DNA of 64,000 nt from Polyangiaceae bacterium (GTDB lineage: Bacteria > Myxococcota_A > Polyangia > Polyangiales > Polyangiaceae), in contig CBDCTZ010000004.1 of assembly GCA_965222375.1 (NCBI GenBank), positions 1 through 64,000 of the forward strand. Direction: 5' to 3'. Shown piece by piece: positions 17,826 through 27,455 of this stretch. Below the pieces are notes generated by a model. It was not told the DNA's origin. It saw only the letters and a list, made by a program, of their open reading frames with translations, and did no database searches. Position 1 is the first letter of the stretch. Each line of letters opens with the position of its first letter. The position numbers and the translations under genes were made by a program.

Positions 17826-19324
17826 CCGACGCGCTCACCCGGCTCACGGCCATCGAGATCGCCACGCGGGTTCGCTCGGGAAACCTCAGCGCAGTGGAAG
17901 CGGCGCAGAGCTCGCTAGCCCGGGCACGGGCAACCCGAGGCCTTGGGGCGTACTTGTCGCTGTTGGACGAGGACGCATTGCGCTGTGCCCGCGACATCGA
18001 CGAGCGCCGGGCCCGGGGAGAGAGTCTTGGGCCGCTCGCCGGCGTCCCGCTCGCCGTCAAGGACGCGATCTGCACTCGCGGGCTGCCCACCACCGCGGGT
18101 TCGAAAATCCTGACCAAGGACGGAACGGTCAAAACCGCCTGGCGCCCGCCCTACGACGCCGGCGTGATCGAGCGCCTGCGTCAGGCCGATGCGGTGCTCA
18201 TCGCGAAGACGAATCTGGATGAATTCGCCATGGGCTCGTCCAACGAAAACAGCGCCTTCGGCGCGGCGAAAAACCCCTGGGATCCCACGCGCACGCCAGG
18301 TGGCTCGAGCGGCGGCAGCGCTGTTTCCGTCGCCGCAGAGGCGGTACCGCTGTCCCTGGGAAGCGACACCGGTGGCTCGATTCGCCAGCCCGCCGCCCTC
18401 ACGGGCGTTGTCGGCGTCAAGCCGAGCTACGGACGGGTCTCGCGCTACGGTCTGGTCGCCTTCGCGTCCAGTCTCGATCAGATCGGCCCCTTTGCCCGCA
18501 GCGTGCCGGATGCCGCGCGCATGCTTTCTGTGATTGCCGGTCACGATCCTCGGGACTCGACGTCATCCCACCACGACGTGGACGACTACGAAGCTGCGTG
18601 CTCAGAGCCGGCCGCGGGCCTGCGGGTTGGGATCCCGAAGCAGTACTTCGGAGACGGCCTGAACGAAGCCGTTCGCAAAAAGGTGGAAGCCGGGCTCGAA
18701 AGCCTGAAGCGCGCCGGATGCGAACTGATCGACGTGGAGCTTCCCACCACCCAGCATGGCGTAGCGACGTACTACATCCTTGCGACGGCAGAAGCGTCGA
18801 GCAATCTGGCCCGTTTCGACGGAGTTCGCTTCGGTGCGCGCGCCAGTGGTGCGAAGGGGTTGGACGAACTCTACGCCCTCACGCGCGCCGAGGGCTTCGG
18901 CTCAGAGGTCAAACGGCGGATCTTGCTGGGCACCTACGTGCTGTCGGCAGGCTACTACGACGCCTACTACGACAAGGCCTGCCGCGTGCGTCGCCTGATC
19001 CGCGATGACTTCGCCCGGGTGTTCGAGCAGGTCGACCTGATCGCCGGCCCCACGAGTCCCACTCCGGCGTTCCCGCTGGGCGAGCGGGTGGATGACCCCC
19101 TCGCGATGTATCTTGCCGACGTGTACACCCTACCGGCGAGTCTGGCTGGATTAGCCGCGATGAACGTGCCCGTCGGACTGACCGCGGCGAACAATGGCAT
19201 CCCGGCGCTGCCCACGGGTCTGCAGTTGACCGCGCCGGCGTTCGAGGAGGCTCGACTGTTTCGTGCGGCGGCCGCGATCGAAAAGGACTTCCCCTTCACT
19301 CCACCCCCCGAGGAGACAGCGTGA
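17822..19324 (+). CDS. gatA: Asp/Glu-tRNA amidotransferase subunit A
   Basis: KTNLDEFAMGSS, GGSSGGS, SDTGGSIRQPA, KRRILLGTYVLSAGYYDAYY. Confidence 0.97.
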   Translation: MTDALTRLTAIEIATRVRSGNLSAVEAAQSSLARARATRGLGAYLSLLDEDALRCARDIDERRARGESLGPLAGVPLAVKDAICTRGLPTTAGSKILTKDGTVKTAWRPPYDAGVIERLRQADAVLIAKTNLDEFAMGSSNENSAFGAAKNPWDPTRTPGGSSGGSAVSVAAEAVPLSLGSDTGGSIRQPAALTGVVGVKPSYGRVSRYGLVAFASSLDQIGPFARSVPDAARMLSVIAGHDPRDSTSSHHDVDDYEAACSEPAAGLRVGIPKQYFGDGLNEAVRKKVEAGLESLKRAGCELIDVELPTTQHGVATYYILATAEASSNLARFDGVRFGARASGAKGLDELYALTRAEGFGSEVKRRILLGTYVLSAGYYDAYYDKACRVRRLIRDDFARVFEQVDLIAGPTSPTPAFPLGERVDDPLAMYLADVYTLPASLAGLAAMNVPVGLTAANNGIPALPTGLQLTAPAFEEARLFRAAAAIEKDFPFTPPPEETA

Positions 19325-19923
19325 GCGAAATCGAGACCGAGGTTCGCGTAGCCGGCGCCGAGGACGCCGCCGGAGTAGCGGACTTGTTCAAGCGCACAGG
19401 GTCCCCCTGCTTCTGCCGCTGGTGGCACTTCGAAGGCGACAAGAATTCCTGGCTCGACCGCTGCGCCAACTCGCCCGAGGACAGTGAAGCGGAGCTACGG
19501 GCGGCCTTCGCACAGCAGTCGCCCCAAGCCCAAGGCATCGTCGCCGTGGGATCAGACGGACGCATCGTGGGCTGGATGAAGCTGACCCCGAACACTGCCG
19601 TCACGAAGATCTACGGCCAGAAGCTGTATCGAGGTCTGCCCTGCTTCCAAGGCGACCGAGCCGGCGTGTGGACTCTCGGCTGCCTGCTGATCGACGAATC
19701 GCACCGAGCCAGCGGCCTGAGCGGCGCCATGGTCCGCGCAGGGCTTGCGATGGCGCGGCGCGCAGGCGCACGCGCTGTTGAGGCGTTCCCGCGGCGAGCG
19801 GAGGGGCTGGCGCCCGAAGAGAAATGGACGGGAAGCTTCCGCACGCTGACCCGAGAGGGTTTTGCGGTCGTGCATGAGTTCGGCCCGTATCCAGTTGTGC
19901 GATGCGAGCTGGGATCGGAATAG
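19321..19923 (+). CDS. GNAT-family acetyltransferase (CxC-containing type)
   Basis: CFCRWW N-terminal motif, HRASGLSGAMV motif A-like, VEAFP. Confidence 0.8.
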   Translation: MSEIETEVRVAGAEDAAGVADLFKRTGSPCFCRWWHFEGDKNSWLDRCANSPEDSEAELRAAFAQQSPQAQGIVAVGSDGRIVGWMKLTPNTAVTKIYGQKLYRGLPCFQGDRAGVWTLGCLLIDESHRASGLSGAMVRAGLAMARRAGARAVEAFPRRAEGLAPEEKWTGSFRTLTREGFAVVHEFGPYPVVRCELGSE

Positions 19924-21110
19924 TCGCCGCAGCGGTCCTGGGAGGATCCCTCCAACTGAGCTGCGAGCGCTGCAGCCGGCGCAGCGCCCCGACCGGCCCC
20001 AGCGCCACAGCGAGTTCCGTAGACCTCGATGTACCCAAGACCCCACTGGTGAAGACCGGCAAAGTCGGCAAGCAGCACGTCGCCAAGGGGATCGGGCTGC
20101 CAGCAAACTGCCGCGTGGAGTTCCCAATCCGCACCCTGGCCGTGGGCTCCCGCGATTTGAGATTCGGCTCTACCCGCTCGCATCTGTTCGAGATTGCTTT
20201 GCTCGAGCAAAAGGGCGACAGCCTGGCAGGGTCGTCCATCTTCAACTTCGAAACCGGCAAGTCGACGTCGTCACCCTGGCTGCGGGCCGACGCGCCTCCA
20301 CCCTGGGACCGCGCAAGCAGCGGCTGGATTGCTGGGCTCACCAAGCCCAAAGAGGGCACGGTGCACAGCGCCACATTCTGGCGCGCGGCGGGATTCGCGA
20401 AACCGGGGGTAGACGGCGACCAGATGGAAGTCGCCGACCTGGTCTGCGACGGCGACACCTGCGCCATGCTCACCAGTCTTGCTCGCGAATCCAGGGCCCC
20501 TGGCGCGAGCCTCGCATGGTCCGACGGCCACCCTCCCATGCACATCGCCACGCCCGGCATCGAGCCCTGGCAGCCCTTGTCCATCCTGCACCTCTCGGCG
20601 CAGGATCACAAGGCCACCGTGTCACTACAGGCCGACGGCAGCGTCATACTGTGGTCGATCGCCGGAAGTTCGGCCAAGGCCGGTGGCAGGTTGCTCGCTC
20701 CCCATGGGATCTATGACGTCGTCGCAGCCAGATCGCCCCTGGTCATCGCGCCGGCGATCGCGCCGAGGGGCAAGTGCCGGGATGGCCAATTTCCGCTTCG
20801 CACTCACCGAATGGGCGGCGAAACGGCGGACTTCAACGTCTCGGGTGCTCCCCACGGCGTCTATGCACGTCCCCTGAGCGGCGGGGTCATCGTGGCGTGG
20901 ATCGCCCCGGCAAGCTGTCGCCTGACTGAACGGACCACCGTCGGAGCGATCCTGCTGGACCCAACCGGCAAGCCCATTGGCTCTCCGATGGTCGTGGCTG
21001 AAGCAAGCGGGTTCGCGATTTCCACCCAAGGGGATCGCGTCGCGATGTGGCTGCTCGTCGACCAACAGCTGAAGCACCTGACGGCGCGTTGCAGGCTACC
21101 GGGCCAATAG
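19902..21110 (+). CDS. Exported hypothetical protein, beta-rich
   Basis: Signal-like N-terminus, coding bias, co-oriented overlap with the GNAT gene. Confidence 0.6.
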   Translation: MRAGIGIVAAAVLGGSLQLSCERCSRRSAPTGPSATASSVDLDVPKTPLVKTGKVGKQHVAKGIGLPANCRVEFPIRTLAVGSRDLRFGSTRSHLFEIALLEQKGDSLAGSSIFNFETGKSTSSPWLRADAPPPWDRASSGWIAGLTKPKEGTVHSATFWRAAGFAKPGVDGDQMEVADLVCDGDTCAMLTSLARESRAPGASLAWSDGHPPMHIATPGIEPWQPLSILHLSAQDHKATVSLQADGSVILWSIAGSSAKAGGRLLAPHGIYDVVAARSPLVIAPAIAPRGKCRDGQFPLRTHRMGGETADFNVSGAPHGVYARPLSGGVIVAWIAPASCRLTERTTVGAILLDPTGKPIGSPMVVAEASGFAISTQGDRVAMWLLVDQQLKHLTARCRLPGQ

Positions 21111-23102
21111 GGTCGCGCGAAACCCTGGCGCCACCGTCACCCCCGCGGACAGCCCGATGAACGCAGCGCGCAGCGCGTCTTCCGAGCGCATGCGCCCTTC
21201 GAGCACGCGCCGCTCGATGCTGCGGAACAGCGCTGCCGCACCGACGACCTGTCCCAGGGCGCTGCGCTCCGCAGGCGTGAGCCCGAGTTCGCTCAGCGCT
21301 ACGTTGGCCGCTGGGTTGCGCGCCAAGGGGCTCGCTCCGCAACCACGAAGCGCTTCCCATAGATCTTCTTCGCTGTAGCCGTGACGCACGGCCGCGCTCA
21401 CCAGCTCCCAAGCCGTTCGCGTGGACGGCACGACCTCGTCTAGGCTTTGTTCCCCACTGCAGAACTCCACGAATCCAACTCGCCACCGGCCGAGCTGCAC
21501 GAATCGGCTCTCGAGCTGATCCGTAAGCAGCCGAACCAACTCCGGGGGCCGCAATAGCCCGCGCCGCACCAGCATTTCTCCGAGGTGCACGCAACCTTCG
21601 GCACAGAGTTCCAGGGAGCGGATCACTTCCGCCCGGCTGACCAACCCATGGGCCACGATCCGCTCCCCCAGCAGTTCACTTGCTTGGGTGGAGCTGACCA
21701 GATAGGGCGTTCCCTCGCGTAGGAACACGCGGGCTTCTTTGCGCCCGTCGCGCAAAACCAGCATTCCGTTTTCGCGTCGCCGCACCAGGCCGTACAACAT
21801 GGCTGGCAAGTACTTCAGTGTGACGGGTTGGGCCCTCGAGGTCATCGCCGGTGACCCAAAACGAAACGCTGGTCGCACTGCGAGGCGCCGCAACTCCACG
21901 ACCTCCAGCAGCGGCACATCCGGGCTGCCATCCACGGAGACCCGCGTCGACGCGTTCGCCCGGCCCGTGGCAACGCACTCCAAGGCTTCCGAAAGGGCTA
22001 AGGGGCGGCCGTCATCCAGTTGATACCGCCCGGGCGTCGTCACAGGAGTGAGCGCAGCGGGCGGCATGCTGCGCCGAGCCCGCTCCGCGACTCGCTCCGC
22101 TTGTCGGACGATGTCGTCGGGATCGCTGGGGGGCGATTGCGCCGGGCGCGTGCCGCTCTGGGAGGACAGCACCCCCAGAGACATGAGCCATGGCAACAGC
22201 GACGACTCGGCCAATACGGCGTTTTCAGCCCGCGCCACCCGGCGAAGCGCTTCCGCAAACTCCTGCGCACTTTCGAAACGATCTTCGGGTTTGCGGGCTA
22301 GCGCGCGGCGCAGCATCTCGACGGCCCCGCCCGGCAAGCTGTCCGCATGAGCCTCCAGGACTTGCAGATCGGCTTCGTAGATCCGAGTCAGCACTTCCAT
22401 CTCGCTCTGACCGGGGAATAGCGGTCGAGCAAGCAGCATCTCCGCAAGTACGATCCCGACGGCGAACACGTCCGTGCGACTGTCCACATCGCCACCGATG
22501 GTCTGCTCTGGAGCCATGTAACCCAGCTTGCCCTTGAGCTCCCCGGGATAGGTACGGCGATCCACGAAGGCGCTGCGGACGATTCCGAAGTCCGTCAGCT
22601 TCACTTCGCCCGCCCGCCCTAGCAAGATGTTCCCGGGAGAGACATCTCGGTGCACGATCCCAAAGGGCCGTCCATGCTCGTCTTCGGCGGCGTGGGCGAA
22701 CGAGAGCGCACGAAGAACTTCGTGGATCAAGAACAGCGCCGCGGCGATGGGAAAGCGCTGCCCCTTCGCGGCAACGAAGCGCAGGAGTTTCGCGCAGCTG
22801 ACGCCGTCCACGTACTCCAGCGCCATGAACAGCTCGCCATCGTGCTCGCCGAAATCCACGACCTGAACGATGTTGGGGTGCGCCAAGGCCGCGCAAATCC
22901 TCGCCTCGTCGCAGAACATGGCGACGAAGCGAGGGTCCTTGGCAAGCTGGGGCAAGATGCGCTTGATGGCGAAGCGTTTCAGAAATCCGTGGGGCCCACC
23001 GCGACGCGCAACAAACACCTCCGCCATGCCGCCTGCGCCGAGGCGTTCTCCGAGCTCGTAGGGTCCGAGCCGGCGACCCGAAACGACGCGAAGTACTCCC
23101 AC
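21096..23102 (-). CDS. Cytoplasmic Ser/Thr kinase with C-terminal DUF4388-like domain
   Basis: LGAGGMAEVF, HRDVSPGN, DFGI, GKLGYMAPEQ; C-terminal RRENGMLVL..VFLREG..LGERIVAHGLV..LGEMLVRRG. Start moved to GTG 23102. Confidence 0.88.
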   Translation of the reverse strand: MGVLRVVSGRRLGPYELGERLGAGGMAEVFVARRGGPHGFLKRFAIKRILPQLAKDPRFVAMFCDEARICAALAHPNIVQVVDFGEHDGELFMALEYVDGVSCAKLLRFVAAKGQRFPIAAALFLIHEVLRALSFAHAAEDEHGRPFGIVHRDVSPGNILLGRAGEVKLTDFGIVRSAFVDRRTYPGELKGKLGYMAPEQTIGGDVDSRTDVFAVGIVLAEMLLARPLFPGQSEMEVLTRIYEADLQVLEAHADSLPGGAVEMLRRALARKPEDRFESAQEFAEALRRVARAENAVLAESSLLPWLMSLGVLSSQSGTRPAQSPPSDPDDIVRQAERVAERARRSMPPAALTPVTTPGRYQLDDGRPLALSEALECVATGRANASTRVSVDGSPDVPLLEVVELRRLAVRPAFRFGSPAMTSRAQPVTLKYLPAMLYGLVRRRENGMLVLRDGRKEARVFLREGTPYLVSSTQASELLGERIVAHGLVSRAEVIRSLELCAEGCVHLGEMLVRRGLLRPPELVRLLTDQLESRFVQLGRWRVGFVEFCSGEQSLDEVVPSTRTAWELVSAAVRHGYSEEDLWEALRGCGASPLARNPAANVALSELGLTPAERSALGQVVGAAALFRSIERRVLEGRMRSEDALRAAFIGLSAGVTVAPGFRATLLAR

Positions 23103-23236
23103 AGTCCATCTAGAATACTTCGAAAACCGCCCGGGCGGGAGGCGACGACGACGATCGGGCCGAGAACCACCTTCCCCTACGTCGTCCCCAAGAAGCCAAT
23201 GCCATTTTTTCGGGCATCGACTAGGTTCAAGGCGGG

Positions 23237-24304
23237 ATGAAGAAGCGCGCTCGAACCTCCGCCACAGAGCGACAGCGCTCACGGCGCCGCGGCGCCGCCA
23301 TCTCGAAATCGGCGCCCCCGCACTCTTGCGTGGCCATCACCGGCGCGCAGTCTTTTCTAGGTCGAAATCTGATCGGCCTGCTGGAAGAAGATCCGCGAGT
23401 TGGACGAATCATCGCCCTCGACCAGGCCGCCCCGGATACCGCGGGGGCCAAGACGCACTTCTACGAGTTGGACTTGAGCCATCCCGTAGCAGAAGAACGC
23501 CTGACCGAAATCTGTGGCGCCGAAAACGTCGAGTGCCTGACCCATCTTGGATTCCTCGAAACGCCCACCCATGCCTCCGCTTGGGCGCATGAGTTCGAAA
23601 GTGTGGGCACGATGCACGTCTTGAACGCATGTCGGCGAAGCAACGTCACCAAATTCGTGATGCGAAGCCAGACCGCCTTGTATGGCGCGCACCCGACCAA
23701 TCCGAACTATTTGACTGAGCGTCACCCACTGCGGGCGCGCCGGGACCAGCCCTACTTCGCGGACAAAATCGAGGCGGAGCGGGACGCTCAGCACTTCGGT
23801 CCGCCCGGCTCCGGGCGGACTGTCACCATCCTGCGCATGGCTCCAATCTTGGGACCTGGGATCAAGACGGCGACCACTCGCTACCTCGGCCGACGCGCGG
23901 TTCCCACTCTGCTCGGATTCGATCCGCTATGGCAGTTCTTGCATGAGGCGGACGCGGTTGCGGCGCTCAAGCTCGCGGTCAATCGCAACGTTGCGGGAAT
24001 CTTCAACGTCGTGAGCCAAGGTGTTCTGCCTCTGTCCACGGCAATCAAACTCGCGGGCCGAGTCAATGTGCCGTTGCCGGGGCCCTTCGCTCGCTCCTTG
24101 GCGCGGGGCTTGTGGATCGCGCATCTGCTCGAAGCCCCGCCGGCGTTCTTGGACTATCTGCAGTACATCTGCGTGGCAGACGGCAAGGCCGCCGCCGAAC
24201 AACTGGGTTTCGTGCCGGTCTTCACGACTCGAGAAGCCGTGATCGATTTTGCAAACGCTCAGCACCTTCGGGATGTGAGACTACTTTCGGAGGAAGCGAC
24301 ATGA
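23237..24304 (+). CDS. NAD-dependent epimerase/dehydratase (extended SDR)
   Basis: VAITGAQSFLG, SQTALYGA, YFADK, LGFDPLWQFLHEAD. Confidence 0.88.
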   Translation: MKKRARTSATERQRSRRRGAAISKSAPPHSCVAITGAQSFLGRNLIGLLEEDPRVGRIIALDQAAPDTAGAKTHFYELDLSHPVAEERLTEICGAENVECLTHLGFLETPTHASAWAHEFESVGTMHVLNACRRSNVTKFVMRSQTALYGAHPTNPNYLTERHPLRARRDQPYFADKIEAERDAQHFGPPGSGRTVTILRMAPILGPGIKTATTRYLGRRAVPTLLGFDPLWQFLHEADAVAALKLAVNRNVAGIFNVVSQGVLPLSTAIKLAGRVNVPLPGPFARSLARGLWIAHLLEAPPAFLDYLQYICVADGKAAAEQLGFVPVFTTREAVIDFANAQHLRDVRLLSEEAT

Positions 24305-25830
24305 GCGCCAAGAAGACAGCTCGGAAAGGGACCCCGTCCCGAGCCACTGCTGCCAAGAAGACCGCCAAGACCGCCACCCGGGGGACTGCAGCGAGCACCG
24401 GCAAGAAGGCCAGGACCACCTCCCGCAAGAAGACGCCGACGGCGACGAGCAAGAAGCCGGCAACAAGGGCAGCGAGCAAGACCAAGGCCAAGACCAAGAT
24501 GGCGCCGACGAGCGCCGTGGCCCGGGCCAAGAAGGGCGCGGCAGCGACCATCAAAAAGCCCACGTCCGTGACCAGCCGGGGGGCCCTACCGAGGACGTCC
24601 AGGCCGGTTCGCAGACCCCGCAAGTCCACCGCTGCGAAGTCCGATACACACTTGCGGACGGGTCGAGCTTTGGGGGGCGATGTGGACTTCGACTCGCCAG
24701 AACTCGGGATCGGCTCCCGGGTTGTTCCCCCGAGCATGAGCTATCCCGAGGAGGAGCCCGCCTCAGCACGCGCCGCGTCGCCGAAACTGGAGGCGGACGT
24801 AGAAGCGGAGATCCGCGCCCTGGAGGAGCGACTGGATGGGCTGATTAGACGTTCGGCACCGACCGCCGAAGGCGCCGACGCCAGCTTGCGGCAGCAGGTG
24901 CAGAGTGTTGCGCGGGAAGTCGTCGAGCGGCTGGCTCCACCGCTGGAGCGCCCCGGCGGCGACGACGCCGGCGTCACCGACGCGGTCAAGGAGCTGCTCT
25001 CGAGCGACTACTACACGCGGCAGTGGGGCCGCCTCGGCATGCGCAGCCGCTCCGAGGAAGTCGACGACTTCGGGTTGGACCCGACGTACGAGTCACGACT
25101 TCGTCCTCTCTTGGACTTCTTGTGCGAACGCTACTTTCGGGTCGAGACATCCGGCCTCGAGCACATCCCCGAGAGCGGGCGCGCATTGGTGGTCGCCAAT
25201 CACTCCGGCACGGTGCCCTTGGACGGACTGGTGCTACGCAGCACGCTGCGGTTGCGGCATCGATCTCAGCGCCAGTTGCGTTGGCTCGCGGAAGACTTCG
25301 TCTACTATCTCCCATTCCTGGGGGCGTTCTTCACGCGGCTGGGGGCGGTACGGGCATGCCAGGAGAATGCCGAGCGGTTGCTTAGCGGCGAGCACTTGGT
25401 TGCCGTCTTCCCCGAAGGCACCAAGGGGATCGGCAAACTGTTTCGTGACCGCTACCAGCTTCAGCGCTTCGGGCGCGGGGGCTTCATCCGGTTGTGCCTG
25501 CGCACCCACACGCCCATCGTTCCTTGCGCCGTCGTCGGCGCGGAAGAGACGAATCCGCTGCTGCGGCGCGTGGAATACCTTTCGAACGCCCTGGGCGTGC
25601 CCTACGTGCCCCTCACGCCCACCTTCCCCTGGCTGGGCCTCTTCGGCCTAGTCCCGGCACCCACCAAGTGGAAGATCATCTTCGGACAGCCGCTGGTCGT
25701 CGATCGTCATGGTCCCGAAGCTGCTGAGGACCATGTCTTGGTGGGCCAGCTGGCTGAACAAGTCCGCTCCACGATCCAAGACCTGTTGAATCGGGCCTTG
25801 GACCAACGATCCAGCGTGTGGCTCGGCTAG
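24301..25830 (+). CDS. Lysophospholipid acyltransferase (PlsC family) with Lys/Ala/Thr-rich histone-like N-terminus
   Basis: VDDFGLDP, NHSGTVPLD, FPEG, FGRGGF; GGAGG SD before ATG 24301, which overlaps the upstream stop. Confidence 0.9.
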   Translation: MSAKKTARKGTPSRATAAKKTAKTATRGTAASTGKKARTTSRKKTPTATSKKPATRAASKTKAKTKMAPTSAVARAKKGAAATIKKPTSVTSRGALPRTSRPVRRPRKSTAAKSDTHLRTGRALGGDVDFDSPELGIGSRVVPPSMSYPEEEPASARAASPKLEADVEAEIRALEERLDGLIRRSAPTAEGADASLRQQVQSVAREVVERLAPPLERPGGDDAGVTDAVKELLSSDYYTRQWGRLGMRSRSEEVDDFGLDPTYESRLRPLLDFLCERYFRVETSGLEHIPESGRALVVANHSGTVPLDGLVLRSTLRLRHRSQRQLRWLAEDFVYYLPFLGAFFTRLGAVRACQENAERLLSGEHLVAVFPEGTKGIGKLFRDRYQLQRFGRGGFIRLCLRTHTPIVPCAVVGAEETNPLLRRVEYLSNALGVPYVPLTPTFPWLGLFGLVPAPTKWKIIFGQPLVVDRHGPEAAEDHVLVGQLAEQVRSTIQDLLNRALDQRSSVWLG

Positions 25831-26720
25831 GTCCCTCCGGCGTCCTCGTCGTCGACAAGCCTCGTGGGCTCACTAGCCACGATGTGGTTCGCGAACTGAG
25901 GCGAGCCTACGGCACGCGCCGGGTGGGTCACACCGGAACCCTCGACCCGATGGCGACAGGAGTGCTCGTGATCGTCCTGGGCGAAGCGACGAAGCTGGCA
26001 GACCACCTCACCCAGAGCGACAAGAGCTACGTGACGCAAGTGTGCTTCGGCGTTGGCACTGAATCCTTTGACGCCGACAACGCCGTCACCGAGCGCGTGG
26101 ACTTGCCTCGCGGCTGGCTCCAGCAAGCCGACCTGGACGGGGCTGTTCGAGAGGAAGCCAAGCGACAGCAGCAGGTGCCGCCCGCCCACAGCGCGATCCG
26201 AGTGCAGGGGCGGCGGGCCTATGCCGCCGCCCGCGCGGGTGAGGCCGTCGAGCTACCACCCCGGAACGTGCGGGTGCGTCGGAGCCGAGCGCTCACCACG
26301 GCGCCCGACAACACGGCCATCTTGGAGCTCACCGTCAGCAAGGGCTACTACGTGCGCTCCTTGGCACGGGACCTCGGAGTTCGCCTGGGAGTGCCCGCGC
26401 ACTTGACGGCATTGCGACGGGTGCAGAGCGGCGCGTTCGGCGTTGACGAGGCTCACGGCTTTCCTATCCCAGAGGCGGATCCGCCGGAGCTCATCGGCCT
26501 CGAGGAGGCCGCCCGGCGTTGCCTCCCAATCGTCGACGTGAACGCCGAAGGCGCCGAGCACGTGCGACATGGGCGGGTGATCGAAGCCCGGCACGTCGTG
26601 GACACGACCATGCCTCGGGCGGAGCGGATCGGCTTGATGAGCCCGGACGGACGGCTCCTGGCACTCGCAACTGCGGACGGGGTCATGGCCCGGGTCCTGC
26701 GCGGGATCCGACACGATTGA
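25818..26720 (+). CDS. truB: tRNA pseudouridine(55) synthase
   Basis: VDKPRGLTSHDVV, GHTGTLDPMATG, QVPPAHSA, SKGYYVRSLARDLG. Confidence 0.95.
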   Translation: MARLGPSGVLVVDKPRGLTSHDVVRELRRAYGTRRVGHTGTLDPMATGVLVIVLGEATKLADHLTQSDKSYVTQVCFGVGTESFDADNAVTERVDLPRGWLQQADLDGAVREEAKRQQQVPPAHSAIRVQGRRAYAAARAGEAVELPPRNVRVRRSRALTTAPDNTAILELTVSKGYYVRSLARDLGVRLGVPAHLTALRRVQSGAFGVDEAHGFPIPEADPPELIGLEEAARRCLPIVDVNAEGAEHVRHGRVIEARHVVDTTMPRAERIGLMSPDGRLLALATADGVMARVLRGIRHD

Positions 26721-26722
26721 GC

Positions 26723-27358
26723 TCAGCGCACCGTAACGTCCTGCACGCTCAGGCCTTTGGACTCGAGGCGGCGCTTCAAGCGCTCCCCGAGAGCATCACC
26801 GTCGACATCGACACCGACGTCGAGCTCCAAGCTCACACCCTGTGGTTCACTGAGAACGGTGATCGTCGTACCCGACCATGCGCCCGCTCCCAACTCGATT
26901 CGCGCGGCGCCTTTGCGCCCCACCCCCCCCCACGCGATGCGCTTCACCAGCTGCTGCGCGATTTGGTCGAGTACGGGGGCATGCTGCAGCGGAGCATCGC
27001 CAGCAGCTGCCAGCGGAACAGCTAGTTGGGGAGCGGCAGCCGCCAAGGACAACGCGAGAGGATCGAGCTGTTGGCCGTCGGCCACGGCTTCCGGGCTGGC
27101 GCTGGCGGGCATATCGAGCTTCGCAGCCGTCTCAGCCGCGGCGGGAGCCGCCGACGCGGCGAGTGACCGCGGGGCTGCACTCGGTTTGGCTTCGCCGTCT
27201 GGCAGCCGCGGGGGGACCGCAAGCTTCGGGGCGTGTCGCCCGAGATCGAGCAAGCATTGGAATTTTTTGGCGTTTCGCCGCGGGATCCGCGGCGCCCCGG
27301 GGTGGGAGGGCACAGGGCAGGCCGAGGCCCGAGCCGAGGCCGCGCATCTTTGTGACAT
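26723..27358 (-). CDS. FliK/SctP-like C-terminal domain protein
   Basis: Pro/Ala-rich region then ARIELGAGAWSGTTITV..VSLELDV..LGERLKRRLESKGLSVQDVTVR; start uncertain. Confidence 0.5.
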   Translation of the reverse strand: MSQRCAASARASACPVPSHPGAPRIPRRNAKKFQCLLDLGRHAPKLAVPPRLPDGEAKPSAAPRSLAASAAPAAAETAAKLDMPASASPEAVADGQQLDPLALSLAAAAPQLAVPLAAAGDAPLQHAPVLDQIAQQLVKRIAWGGVGRKGAARIELGAGAWSGTTITVLSEPQGVSLELDVGVDVDGDALGERLKRRLESKGLSVQDVTVR

Positions 27359-27455
27359 ACGGGCCTATCGGTCAGTGCGGCGCCGGGTTGCGCGTGCCGA
27401 GCCCGGGAGGCTAACTTTGATTGGAGGGCGGCACGCGCCCCAGGACTGATCGCCG

